From: Myxococcota bacterium
GTDB taxonomy: Bacteria > Myxococcota_A > SURF-8 > G963663525
Length of the DNA stretch: 64,000 bases
Assembly: GCA_963676915.2 (NCBI GenBank)
Contig: CAXXVK010000001.1
Coordinates: 32,001 to 96,000 of the forward strand
Direction of reading: 5' to 3'
Under the pieces are notes generated by a model. It searched no databases. It worked only from the letters and a program-made list of their open reading frames with translations, and was not told the origin of the DNA. Within the stretch, counting starts at the first letter, position 1; each line of letters starts with the position of its first letter. Of this stretch, positions 1 through 8,703 are shown in pieces. A program made the translations under genes and the position numbers.

Positions 1-1
1 C

Positions 2-1111
2 ATAATCGATATCGAACGTCAGGGAGAAACGAGAAACGAAGCTTTGGAAACATTGGAAGGGACGCTGATGCAGGCGAAGGCGACCTTGGACGGATACGAC
101 ATCACGCTGCCGGAACCTTCCGAAAATGACTCCCCTGAAGCGCTGGAACGAACGTTTGAAAAGTCCGCCAAGTTGTTGATGAATCTTCGAAGGGTCCGTA
201 AGGAAAAGGGAACGTTTTATCTCTCCAACGGTACGCAAGTGTCAGGTGAACGCATTCGTATCGGCAACGTCGCTTCGTACGGAATCAGTCCCCAAGGCGG
301 CGGAGCGCTGGCACCGGCGGGTGGAGGAAAATTGAAAGTCTGGGAGACTGGCAGCCTCGCAACGGCCAAGGCTCTTGCTATTGGGAATCCTACGAAATTA
401 TTGGATATTTTCCTCTACGAAAACGCCGAAAAGGCCATTGAGAAAAAGGTGGATAAAACGGTTAAGGAAGTCATTGAATCCGGCGGAGCCATTGCTTGGA
501 TCATCGTTGGCATGGGGTTGGCGGCGCTGTTGATGATCCTTTTGCGCACATGGTTCCTGCTGCGTTCCTCGACCCGTACGGATGATCTCGTCCGCTATCT
601 GGTGCCTTTGATCGAACAGGGCTGGCGAGACGAAGCGTTGAAAATCCTGAAGGAAAGTTCGGGTGCCACAGCCCGCGTCTTGATTGCAACCGTAAAAAAC
701 CTGCATGAAGACCGCGAAAAGCTCGAAGATCGCGTCAGCGAGGCGATTCTGCACGAAACTCCGCATTTGGAACGCTTCGGCGCAGTGATTCTCGTGCTGG
801 CAGCCGTAGCACCGTTGATGGGACTTTTGGGGACGGTTACGGGGATGATTTCGACCTTCGATGTCATTACCGAATTCGGCACGGGAGATCCTAAATTGCT
901 TTCCGGTGGAATTTCGGAAGCTTTGGTAACGACCGAATTGGGACTGATCGTGGCGATTCCAACCCTGCTTTTCGGAAACCTGTTGACCGGATGGGCCAAC
1001 CGAATCAAAACCGGCATGGAACACGCCGCGCTGTTGATTACCAACATGTATCTGTCACGCACCGAAAAGCGAGGTGCACGGGATTCCGAAACAGTAAGGT
1101 CGGGGGCGTAA
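2..1111 (+). CDS. Long MotA/TolQ/ExbB proton-channel protein (TtpC-like), 5' end outside the window
   Basis: Frame is open from position 2. C-terminal ExbB motifs APLMGLLGTVTGMI and GGISEALVTTELGL follow a long periplasmic N-terminal part. Confidence 0.85.
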   Translation: MIDIERQGETRNEALETLEGTLMQAKATLDGYDITLPEPSENDSPEALERTFEKSAKLLMNLRRVRKEKGTFYLSNGTQVSGERIRIGNVASYGISPQGGGALAPAGGGKLKVWETGSLATAKALAIGNPTKLLDIFLYENAEKAIEKKVDKTVKEVIESGGAIAWIIVGMGLAALLMILLRTWFLLRSSTRTDDLVRYLVPLIEQGWRDEALKILKESSGATARVLIATVKNLHEDREKLEDRVSEAILHETPHLERFGAVILVLAAVAPLMGLLGTVTGMISTFDVITEFGTGDPKLLSGGISEALVTTELGLIVAIPTLLFGNLLTGWANRIKTGMEHAALLITNMYLSRTEKRGARDSETVRSGA

Positions 1112-1714
1112 ATGCCGGATTTCGTGCAGGTTTTCGTCGAATACTTTTCCAAAGGGGGCTTTGTTATGCCTCCACTGATTGTCGCAACGCTGGTTTTATG
1201 GTTTGCGTTGGGTTGGCGCTTTGCAACCTTGAAACGTGGCAACCGACGTAGCGTGCGCATCCTGGTGGAGCGATATTCCCAAGGATACCCACGGAAACCG
1301 CGTGGTGTCATCGATGGTGCGGTTGCATCGGGTTTGACCTTAGCCCAAAAGCATTCGAGCGATCTTCGTTTCTATCTGGACGACGCCTTTGCCTGGATCC
1401 AGCGCGACATCGGTCGCTATGCGATGCTGGTTCGTGCCATCGTCATTGTGGCTCCCCTGGCCGGATTGCTGGGAACCGTTACCGGCATGATCGAAACCTT
1501 CGATTCGCTGGGCGACATGTCGCTGTTTTCGCAATCGGGCGGTATCGCCGGAGGAATCGGACAGGCGCTGTTCTCCACGCAAATGGGTCTTGCCGTTGCC
1601 GTACCGGGGCGAGTAGTCGGAAGAATCCTCGACCGACGCCAAGCCAATTTCGAACGCGAACTGGAGCAGATCAAGGACATTCTTTGCGGCGATATCCACG
1701 AGGAGGCAGCATGA
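1112..1714 (+). CDS. exbB: MotA/TolQ/ExbB family proton-channel protein
   Basis: APLAGLLGTVTGMIETF and GGIGQALFSTQMGL motifs; abuts the upstream gene. Confidence 0.88.
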   Translation: MPDFVQVFVEYFSKGGFVMPPLIVATLVLWFALGWRFATLKRGNRRSVRILVERYSQGYPRKPRGVIDGAVASGLTLAQKHSSDLRFYLDDAFAWIQRDIGRYAMLVRAIVIVAPLAGLLGTVTGMIETFDSLGDMSLFSQSGGIAGGIGQALFSTQMGLAVAVPGRVVGRILDRRQANFERELEQIKDILCGDIHEEAA

Positions 1715-2115
1715 AATTCCGTGACCGCCGGGAAGAGGACCAGAACATCGACATCAGTCCTCTGATCGACATGGTGTTTATTTTACTGATCTTTTTCATG
1801 GTCAGCACGACATTCGTCAAAGACATGAAAATCGATATCGAGCGTCCCGGTGCTGCGTCGAGCGTACGAGCCGGAACCAAGGCGTTGCGCGTTCACCTGG
1901 ATCGTACAGGAGATATTTTCGTGGACGGTCAGCCGGTGCGTTCATGGATGCTGCAAAGCCGAGTGAGGGATTTCGTTCGTGCGGGAGTAAACAAAACCGT
2001 ACTCGTCATTACCGATCGCAGGGTGGATGCCGAAAAACTCGTGGATGTCGTGGACCAATGCCGATTGGGCGGAGCGGAAAGCGTAGGCGTCGCCACCGAA
2101 AAGGAAGCGGGCTGA
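1711..2115 (+). CDS. exbD: Biopolymer transport protein ExbD/TolR
   Basis: IDISPLIDMVFILLIFFMVST signature; ATGA overlap with exbB and a GAGGAGG RBS. Confidence 0.9.
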   Translation: MKFRDRREEDQNIDISPLIDMVFILLIFFMVSTTFVKDMKIDIERPGAASSVRAGTKALRVHLDRTGDIFVDGQPVRSWMLQSRVRDFVRAGVNKTVLVITDRRVDAEKLVDVVDQCRLGGAESVGVATEKEAG

Positions 2116-2753
2116 TGTCGCCAACTCTTCGCCGTACTCTGATTGCTGTTGTCTGGATGATTGGCGGATCATCGTTGATGTTTGCGTTGTTGTTCATCAT
2201 GAACGAGTACATCGAAAAGCCTGACTTTAGCGGGAATGAAGTGCGCAGTGCTTTCGAGGTAGAACGTCCCAAACCGAAAAAAAAGCCGCCAAAACGCGAA
2301 AAGAAGGTTCAAAAGCGAAAACGCCGTAGTCGTCAAGCGCCACGGCCAGCTGCGCCACGGCTCGGAGCGGAGCTTGCAGGGTTGGATTTCGGTTTGCCTG
2401 CTTTCGATGCAAGCAGCATTTTGTCGGTAAACGATTCCGTGCTCGGTAATCTGGAAAATACGGTCATGACCGAAGATAGCGTGGACACAGCACCGCAGCC
2501 TCGTAAACGTGGAGGTGTCGAGTACCCGAAGCGGGCACGCGCCGAGGGAATTACGGGATACGTCACGCTCAATCTACTGATCGACGCCAACGGCTCGGTC
2601 GAACGCGTCAAGGTGCTCGAATCCGAACCGCCGGGCGTTTTCGATGAGGCCGCGAGCCGTGCCGTGACAAGTTGGGAATTCGATCCCGCCACCTACGAGG
2701 GGCGAGCGGTCAAGCTATGGGCGCGCCTGACGGTGCGATTCGACTTGCAATGA
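2115..2753 (+). CDS. tonB: Energy transducer TonB
   Basis: N-terminal TM helix, Lys/Pro-rich linker, C-terminal YPxxA...G.V...FD.AA...W.F.PA domain; TGATG overlap with exbD. Confidence 0.9.
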   Translation: MSPTLRRTLIAVVWMIGGSSLMFALLFIMNEYIEKPDFSGNEVRSAFEVERPKPKKKPPKREKKVQKRKRRSRQAPRPAAPRLGAELAGLDFGLPAFDASSILSVNDSVLGNLENTVMTEDSVDTAPQPRKRGGVEYPKRARAEGITGYVTLNLLIDANGSVERVKVLESEPPGVFDEAASRAVTSWEFDPATYEGRAVKLWARLTVRFDLQ

Positions 2754-3937
2754 AACGAAATGAACTGAAATTTTCGATGTTTTTCCGAGATTGCATCCTA
2801 GTGAGTTTTTTTGTGATGGTCATGTACGCGCTACCGCTCCACGCTGCAAAGGAAACCGAGGAGGATGACCTCGACCATCTCGCCCTGGCAGCGTTGATGA
2901 TCCGCGATGGCCATTACGACCGGGCGGAAAAAGTACTTGAAAACGTGGACCCTACCGACGAAACCACCGATCAACCACGCTACTACACCTTACGGGGGCT
3001 TGTCTTGCTTCATCGGGGGCTTTTTAGGGACTGTGCAAGCGCCTTGAATACAGCGATTGAAAAAGGGCAGGATGCACCTATTGTGCATGTCTATCTCGCT
3101 CAAGCCTATTTTGGTCTGGAACTGTGGCAAAAAGCCCTCGACGCTTTGGACGCCGCCGAGGAAGAAGGTCGCAGGGTGCCGGAATCGTACATCTTGCGGG
3201 CGCAATGTCACTGGAACCTGAAACGCTATGAGCAGGCATGGAGCGCGTTGGAGGAAGGCTTGCAGCGTTTTCCCCAACATCCGGCACTGCAACGGCGACA
3301 GGTGTTTACGCTCGTCGAACTCAAATTGTTTCAAGAAGCGGTACATCTGGCTCAAACGCTGCTGTCTCCCGAAAACGCCAAACCCGAGGACGGTCTTGCT
3401 GTGGCAGAGGCATTGATCCGAAGCGGTGAGCCTCGACGAGCCATCGAGTTGCTCGAAACTCTACGCCTTCGTTTCCCTGATCACGCAGATATGGCAAAAG
3501 CCCTAGCCCACGCCTGGCATGAGGATGGAAAACCACTGGCGGCAGCGGCGATTTTCGAAGAGGTCGCCCGGACCGAACCCGCGTTTGCCTTCGAAACAGC
3601 CGAATTGTATCGACAAGCTGGACGAATTCGCCGAGCGTTGTACTGGAACTCGCGAATCGACGACCAGAAAAAGAAAATTCGTCAGCGGTTGGGATTGCTG
3701 TTGCAGGTCGAACGCTTCGAAATGGCTGCTGCGCTGGAATCGCGGCTGTCACGCTTGGGATTGCTTGAGGACGAGGAAATCCGTTACGCGCTGGCCTATG
3801 CCTTGTTCAAAAGTCGCGATTTTGCGCGATGTGAAACCCACTTGAAACATCTGACACGTTCCGACCTGTTTCAGAACGCCAATAAACTGCGTTTGGCTAT
3901 GGAGTCCTGCAAATCGGACCGCTGGGAGTGCTACTGA
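2750..3937 (+). CDS. Secreted tetratricopeptide-repeat protein (TtpD-like)
   Basis: Signal peptide followed by repeated TPR-like helices; ATGA overlap with tonB. Confidence 0.8.
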   Translation: MKRNELKFSMFFRDCILVSFFVMVMYALPLHAAKETEEDDLDHLALAALMIRDGHYDRAEKVLENVDPTDETTDQPRYYTLRGLVLLHRGLFRDCASALNTAIEKGQDAPIVHVYLAQAYFGLELWQKALDALDAAEEEGRRVPESYILRAQCHWNLKRYEQAWSALEEGLQRFPQHPALQRRQVFTLVELKLFQEAVHLAQTLLSPENAKPEDGLAVAEALIRSGEPRRAIELLETLRLRFPDHADMAKALAHAWHEDGKPLAAAAIFEEVARTEPAFAFETAELYRQAGRIRRALYWNSRIDDQKKKIRQRLGLLLQVERFEMAAALESRLSRLGLLEDEEIRYALAYALFKSRDFARCETHLKHLTRSDLFQNANKLRLAMESCKSDRWECY

Positions 3938-6900
3938 TGCCGCGTTGGATGATCTCCATTTCGTGTTTTGTTTTCGTGCTTATCTCTGCGGTTTCCGAGG
4001 TTCGAGCGGAACAAGGCGCAGTTACCTGCTATGTGTTTTCCGAAACACGGGACACTCCGATGGAAGGGGCCGAAGTCTTTGTCGAAACCATCGATTCAAC
4101 CGTAACCAACGTCCATGGTGCGGCTCGTTTACGCCTTGCGCCGGGACGCTACATCGTGCATGTCAGTTCTCCGGGATTTCGTCCTGCCCGCATCGAAGAT
4201 GTGCATATCGTTGCGAAAGAAGTTACCGAGGTACTTGTCACGCTGTCGCCCACCAAAGCACCCACCTGGGATATCGAAGTAGCCGCTCACGCCTTGAACG
4301 ACGCGGTGGCCGCTCCAACTGCCGATCCGAATGCCCCCACCGGGACGATTTCCGGCCTTCTCAAAAGCCTGGATAGCGGAGAATCCGTCGCTAACGCACG
4401 GATTTTCGTCAAAGGATACGGTTTCGAAGCACGTAGCGACGTCAAAGGTCGGTTTTTGTTGGAAATTCCCGCAGGAACGTACACGCTTTCGGTGATTCAC
4501 CCGGATTTTTCCACTCAATCCATCGATGGTATTACGGTGACGACGGAGCAAACCACAGCGGTCGAAATCGAGCTGACACCTTCCTCCGTCACCTTGGCCG
4601 ATTACACGGTCACGGCTCCTCATATCGAAGGTGGTGTAGCCTCGATGTTGTCCCAGCGTCGCGAGTCCAGCGCCGTGGCCGATGTCATCGGTGCCGAACA
4701 GATCGCCAAGACCGGGGACAGTTCCGCCGCCGGAGCCTTGAAACGGGTCACGGGACTTACGGTAGTCGGGGGAAAGTATGTGTATGTACGCGGTATGGGA
4801 GAACGCTATTCGAGCACGTTGCTCAACGGTGCGACGCTCCCCAGTCCCGAACCCGAACGCCGTGTGGTGCCGTTGGATATGTTTCCGGTGGGAATCCTGG
4901 AAAGCGTAGTGATTCAAAAAACATACTCGCCGGACCTTCCCGGAGGATTCGGTGGAGGGACAATCCTTCTGAAAACACGCGGTCGCCCCGAGAGCTTTAC
5001 GTTGAATACAAGCCTGTCCACTGGTTTCAAGACGGATACAACGTTTCGTAAAGGTTTGACCTATTCCGGTGGGAAGCTGGATTTTCTGGGAATCGACGAC
5101 GGCACCCGCGCCCTACCGGACAAAGTGCGTCAAGCCAGCAACTCCGAACAGCTTCTCGAAAGCGACCGGTTCTCGGACCGAGGATTTAGTGCGGAAGAGT
5201 TGGAAACCTTTGGAGAAAGTCTGTCCAACGTCTGGTCGCCCCACCGAAAAACCGTACCCCCGGATGTCGGTTTATCGATGACCGTGGGGGACAGTTATCA
5301 GGTGGGACAAACACCGATGGGGTTCTTGTTCGCCGCAAGCTATGGAAATTCCTGGGATCTTCAAAAAAGCCATCGAAATTACTATATCGTTGGCAGTGAT
5401 GACGCTTTGGAACTCAAACACGCCTACGATTTCGAATCGTTGGAAAATAATATAACCCTCGGTGCGATTTTGGATCTCAGCACCGAAATTGCCGAAAAAC
5501 ATACGCTGAAATCAACAACTCTATTGATTCGTACCACCGATGACGAAGCTCGGGTCTATTCCGGCTACAATCGTGATGTAGACACCAACATTCGCGTCAC
5601 GCGCCTGCGCTGGATCGAGCGAATGCTGATCGTTCAGCAACTTACGGGATCTCACACTTTCGAGCAAGCGCAGAACCTGAATCTTGGTTGGCATTATGCG
5701 TATTCCCGCGCCTCGCGCTATGAACCGGATCGCCGGGAATTGCGTTTCGACCAGGAATCCGGCCAACCGGACCTCTGGATGCTTTCCGACCGACCGGAAG
5801 GCAACCAGCGCCTTTTCAGCGACCTCGTGGACCACAACCACGACGCCGGATTCACATTCTCCATTCCTTATCCCATCTGGCTGGATCTCGAAGCCTCGGC
5901 GGAAGCGGGGGTGAACCTCGTCTGGCGCTCCCGTCATGTCGATACCAGACGTTTCAAGTTCGAACATAAAGGCGAACTCAGTACCGACGTCGAGATCATT
6001 TCCCAATCGCCGGAAGAGATTTTTTCACCGGAAAACATCGGATCGGACGGCTTCCAGTTCCAGGAAACCACGCGCCAGACCGACAATTACAAGGCGGACG
6101 GGCAGCTTTTCGCAGGATATCTGAAAACGGATCTACCGTTACTCGCTTCTCTGCTTCTCATGGTGGGGTTTCGGGTCGAGCATTCGTCCCAAAGCGTCAC
6201 AACGTACGAGCTTTTCAATCCCGACAACGCACCCGTCGAGGCAAACGTGCGTACCACGGACGTCTTGCCCGCTGCAACGCTGACCTGGAAATGCACCGAT
6301 GATATGCAGCTTCGTGCCGGGTACGGCATGACGGTTTCCAGACCGGATTTTCGTGAATTATCCCCTGCCACGTTCAACGACGTGACCGGTGGACGGCAAA
6401 TTTTCGGCAATCCCGATCTGGAACGCACCAAAATCCACAATCTCGATCTTAGATACGAATACTATTTCTCGACGCTCGAAAACGTTTCACTGGCTCTGTT
6501 TTACAAGGATTTTTCAAAACCCATTGAAACGGTCGTGGTACCCAGCGCTCAGCAATCCGTTACGTATGCCAATGCGAAAGGGGCGCAAAATCTGGGAGCA
6601 GAGTTGGAATTCCGCAAGAATTTCAGCTTCTTTGCAGATGTATTGAAAGATCTATCGCTTTCGGGAAACATCGCTTACATCCAATCTCGCATTCGTCTGG
6701 CCGAGGACAGCGGCATCCAGACATCCAACAACCGACCCTTGCAGGGACAGTCGCCCTATGTCGTCAATGCACAACTCGGATACGATAACGAGGACTGGGG
6801 AACGAGTCTGACCCTCGTGTACAACGTATTCGGTCCGCGAATCGTGGAAGTGGGAGCACAGGGAGCGCCGGATGTCATCGAGCAACCGTTTCACCAACTG

Positions 6901-7059
6901 GATTTCGTGGCTATGCAAAAACTCCCGGCAGGATTTTCGCTGAAATTGAAGTTGAAAAACCTGATTGACCCACCCGTACGATACGTTCAAGGTTCGAAAA
7001 CCACAAACGAATACCATCGTGGACTCAAAGTTTCTCTCGACCTAGGCTGGTCCTATTAG
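3937..7059 (+). CDS. TonB-dependent receptor with two N-terminal carboxypeptidase-regulatory-like domains
   Basis: Plug motif YVYVRGMGERYSSTLLNG, barrel motifs RPDFRELSP and GNPDL, C-terminal aromatic residue (LGWSY). Confidence 0.9.
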   Translation: MPRWMISISCFVFVLISAVSEVRAEQGAVTCYVFSETRDTPMEGAEVFVETIDSTVTNVHGAARLRLAPGRYIVHVSSPGFRPARIEDVHIVAKEVTEVLVTLSPTKAPTWDIEVAAHALNDAVAAPTADPNAPTGTISGLLKSLDSGESVANARIFVKGYGFEARSDVKGRFLLEIPAGTYTLSVIHPDFSTQSIDGITVTTEQTTAVEIELTPSSVTLADYTVTAPHIEGGVASMLSQRRESSAVADVIGAEQIAKTGDSSAAGALKRVTGLTVVGGKYVYVRGMGERYSSTLLNGATLPSPEPERRVVPLDMFPVGILESVVIQKTYSPDLPGGFGGGTILLKTRGRPESFTLNTSLSTGFKTDTTFRKGLTYSGGKLDFLGIDDGTRALPDKVRQASNSEQLLESDRFSDRGFSAEELETFGESLSNVWSPHRKTVPPDVGLSMTVGDSYQVGQTPMGFLFAASYGNSWDLQKSHRNYYIVGSDDALELKHAYDFESLENNITLGAILDLSTEIAEKHTLKSTTLLIRTTDDEARVYSGYNRDVDTNIRVTRLRWIERMLIVQQLTGSHTFEQAQNLNLGWHYAYSRASRYEPDRRELRFDQESGQPDLWMLSDRPEGNQRLFSDLVDHNHDAGFTFSIPYPIWLDLEASAEAGVNLVWRSRHVDTRRFKFEHKGELSTDVEIISQSPEEIFSPENIGSDGFQFQETTRQTDNYKADGQLFAGYLKTDLPLLASLLLMVGFRVEHSSQSVTTYELFNPDNAPVEANVRTTDVLPAATLTWKCTDDMQLRAGYGMTVSRPDFRELSPATFNDVTGGRQIFGNPDLERTKIHNLDLRYEYYFSTLENVSLALFYKDFSKPIETVVVPSAQQSVTYANAKGAQNLGAELEFRKNFSFFADVLKDLSLSGNIAYIQSRIRLAEDSGIQTSNNRPLQGQSPYVVNAQLGYDNEDWGTSLTLVYNVFGPRIVEVGAQGAPDVIEQPFHQLDFVAMQKLPAGFSLKLKLKNLIDPPVRYVQGSKTTNEYHRGLKVSLDLGWSY

Positions 7060-7095
7060 CAAGTCCTGATTGCCTGTCTGGATAATTACGTTGTA

Positions 7096-7127
7096 GTAGC
7101 CGGGTAGCCGGGTAGCCGGGTAGCCGG
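7096..7127 (+). repeat. Perfect tandem repeat (GTAGCCGG)x4 directly 5' of a GTAG-REP
   Basis: Four exact 8-mers at 7096, 7104, 7112 and 7120, then GTAG at 7128. Confidence 0.95.
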
Positions 7128-7154
7128 GTAGGTCGGACAGATTTTCTGTCCGAC
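7128..7154 (+). repeat. REP class A (GTAG + GTCGGACAGA-TTT-TCTGTCCGAC), left flank of RAYT
   Basis: GTAG tetranucleotide plus a 10-bp hairpin; identical copies at 7873-7899 (-) and 8477-8503 (+). Confidence 0.92.
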
Positions 7155-7155
7155 A

Positions 7156-7255
7156 CAGCTTGCTGACAAAGGTTTTTTGTCGTTTTTGAGCTTCAATAAT
7201 TTCAATAAGTTACAGACGGAAGAAATTGTTCAAAGTGGGGTTTGTCAATTGCCTG
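7156..7255. mobile_element. 100-bp MITE (MITE-1) flanked by a 25-bp direct repeat
   Basis: Imperfect TIRs CAGCTTGCTGACAAA / TTTGTCAATTGCCTG. GGTCGGACAGATTTTCTGTCCGACA occurs on both sides (7131-7155, 7256-7280). A homologous copy lies at 21427-21525 in reverse. Confidence 0.8.
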
Positions 7256-7323
7256 GGTCGGACAGATTTTCTGTCCGACAATTCCTTTTGGTAAGCAGAG
7301 CCAACAGATGATACAATTTATCC

Positions 7324-7860
7324 ATGAAAGATCTGAGACGACTTTATATTGAAGGTGGTACATACTTTTTTACGGTTGTAACCAACAAACGGCGAAAATT
7401 GCTTTGCAAACCGGAATCGCGATTGGCTTTGCGAACTGCGATAAGTGATGTGCGTTCCAGGCATCCCTTTGATATCATTGCATGGGTTTTATTACCTGAT
7501 CATTTGCATTGCATCTGGACATTACCGGCAGGTGATGCAGATTTTTCAATGCGCTGGAGCTTGATTAAACGCAATGTTTCATATCAGTTAAAAGACAGGT
7601 TTGGCACACGTTCAGACAGAACATTGAAGCAGCTGAAAAATCGTGAAGCCGGATTCTGGCAGCACAGGTTTTGGGAACATGCAATAAAAGATGAAAATGA
7701 TTTAATTCGGCATTTCGATTATGTCCATTTCAATCCTGTAAAACATGGTTTAGTTGAGATGGTGGAGGGTTGGAAGTGGTCAACCTTTCATAAGTATTTA
7801 CGAATGGGATATTACGATACGGAGAGAATGCCAGGTGATGAAGATGTTGCAGGAGAATGA
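7324..7860 (+). mobile_element. REP-associated tyrosine transposase (RAYT/TnpAREP, HUH Y1)
   Basis: GGTYFFTVVT, LPDHLHCIW (HUH), FWQHRFWEH and YVHFNPVKHG motifs; flanked by inverted GTAG-REPs. Confidence 0.93.
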
Positions 7861-8315
7861 TATCTTGCTTGTGTCGGACAGAAAATCTGTCCGACCTACT
7901 ACTAAAGGGGAGAAAGGGTAACGAAATTCGTGATTGTTTTGATTTGAGAGTTTTATACTTTTATAATGCAAAAAAGATTTTACGGAAAAGTAGGGAATGG
8001 AGAGAATTGATAGAATCAGTAAAAGATCATTTGATAAAAAATTTTGAACATGCTGAAACCTATTTTCAGCCTTGTCATGATGCTGTATCACCGAACACCG
8101 TTTGCAATGATCCAATTGATTGTTATTTAGGAGTATTTGGTGATATTATCTATCGATACATAACCTATTGTGATTTTGAAACTGCTAGTCAGTTACTAAA
8201 TAAAGCAAAACCTCTTCTTGAAAAAACTGGCAATAAAAAATTATTATCAGATTATGGTAAATATGAATCATATCAAATTCCTAAGTATAAAAGAATTTGC
8301 AATGAGAAGGAATGA
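7857..8315 (+). CDS. AT-rich hypothetical protein or captured gene fragment
   Basis: 152-codon open frame in AT-rich DNA; its 5' end reads through a REP; helical C-terminus. Confidence 0.4.
   Translation: MISCLCRTENLSDLLLKGRKGNEIRDCFDLRVLYFYNAKKILRKSREWRELIESVKDHLIKNFEHAETYFQPCHDAVSPNTVCNDPIDCYLGVFGDIIYRYITYCDFETASQLLNKAKPLLEKTGNKKLLSDYGKYESYQIPKYKRICNEKE
7873..7899 (-). repeat. REP class A, right flank of RAYT
   Basis: Exact reverse complement of 7128-7154. Confidence 0.92.
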
Positions 8316-8469
8316 CCTTGTTAGATTGATGATAACCGTCCCCAATGACTCCACGTGGGTGCCGAAAACACCATCCAAGGAGTCATTAGCATAATCATAT
8401 CAACCCTGCCCCATAGTAGGGACCGTTGGACACCTGCTCTGCACCCGTTTTTCTTTGACCTTTTCGATT

Positions 8470-8668
8470 TAGCCGGGTAGGTCGGACAGATTTTCTGTCC
8501 GACAATTCCTTTTGGTAAGCAGTAGTAGATCTGGGCTAATTTTTAGCCCGACACCTTGGCATTGTCGGGCAAGAAATTTGCCCGACCTACGTGAGATATT
8601 TTCGATACTTGATAGTGAAATGGTATAAGCACAAACGTGAGGAGCAGGATACAATCCTGCTCCATCTA
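8470..8668. repeat. REP mosaic: class A REP (8477-8503), class A doublet (8525-8590), class B REP (8641-8668)
   Basis: The doublet nearly matches 38234-38298; class B hairpin GGAGCAGGAT-ACA-ATCCTGCTCC-ATCTA. Confidence 0.88.
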
Positions 8669-8703
8669 AACTCAAAGTGTCGGAAACCATTCGCTGCCTT
8701 CCA

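Noticed and set aside
7096-7280. Short repeats as a possible CRISPR array
   Set aside because: There are no unique spacers between the 8-mers, only two copies of the 25-mer in series, and no cas genes. REP plus MITE explains the pattern.
7324-7860. IS200/IS605 TnpA insertion sequence
   Set aside because: No tnpB is present, and the motifs and inverted GTAG-REP flanks fit a RAYT.
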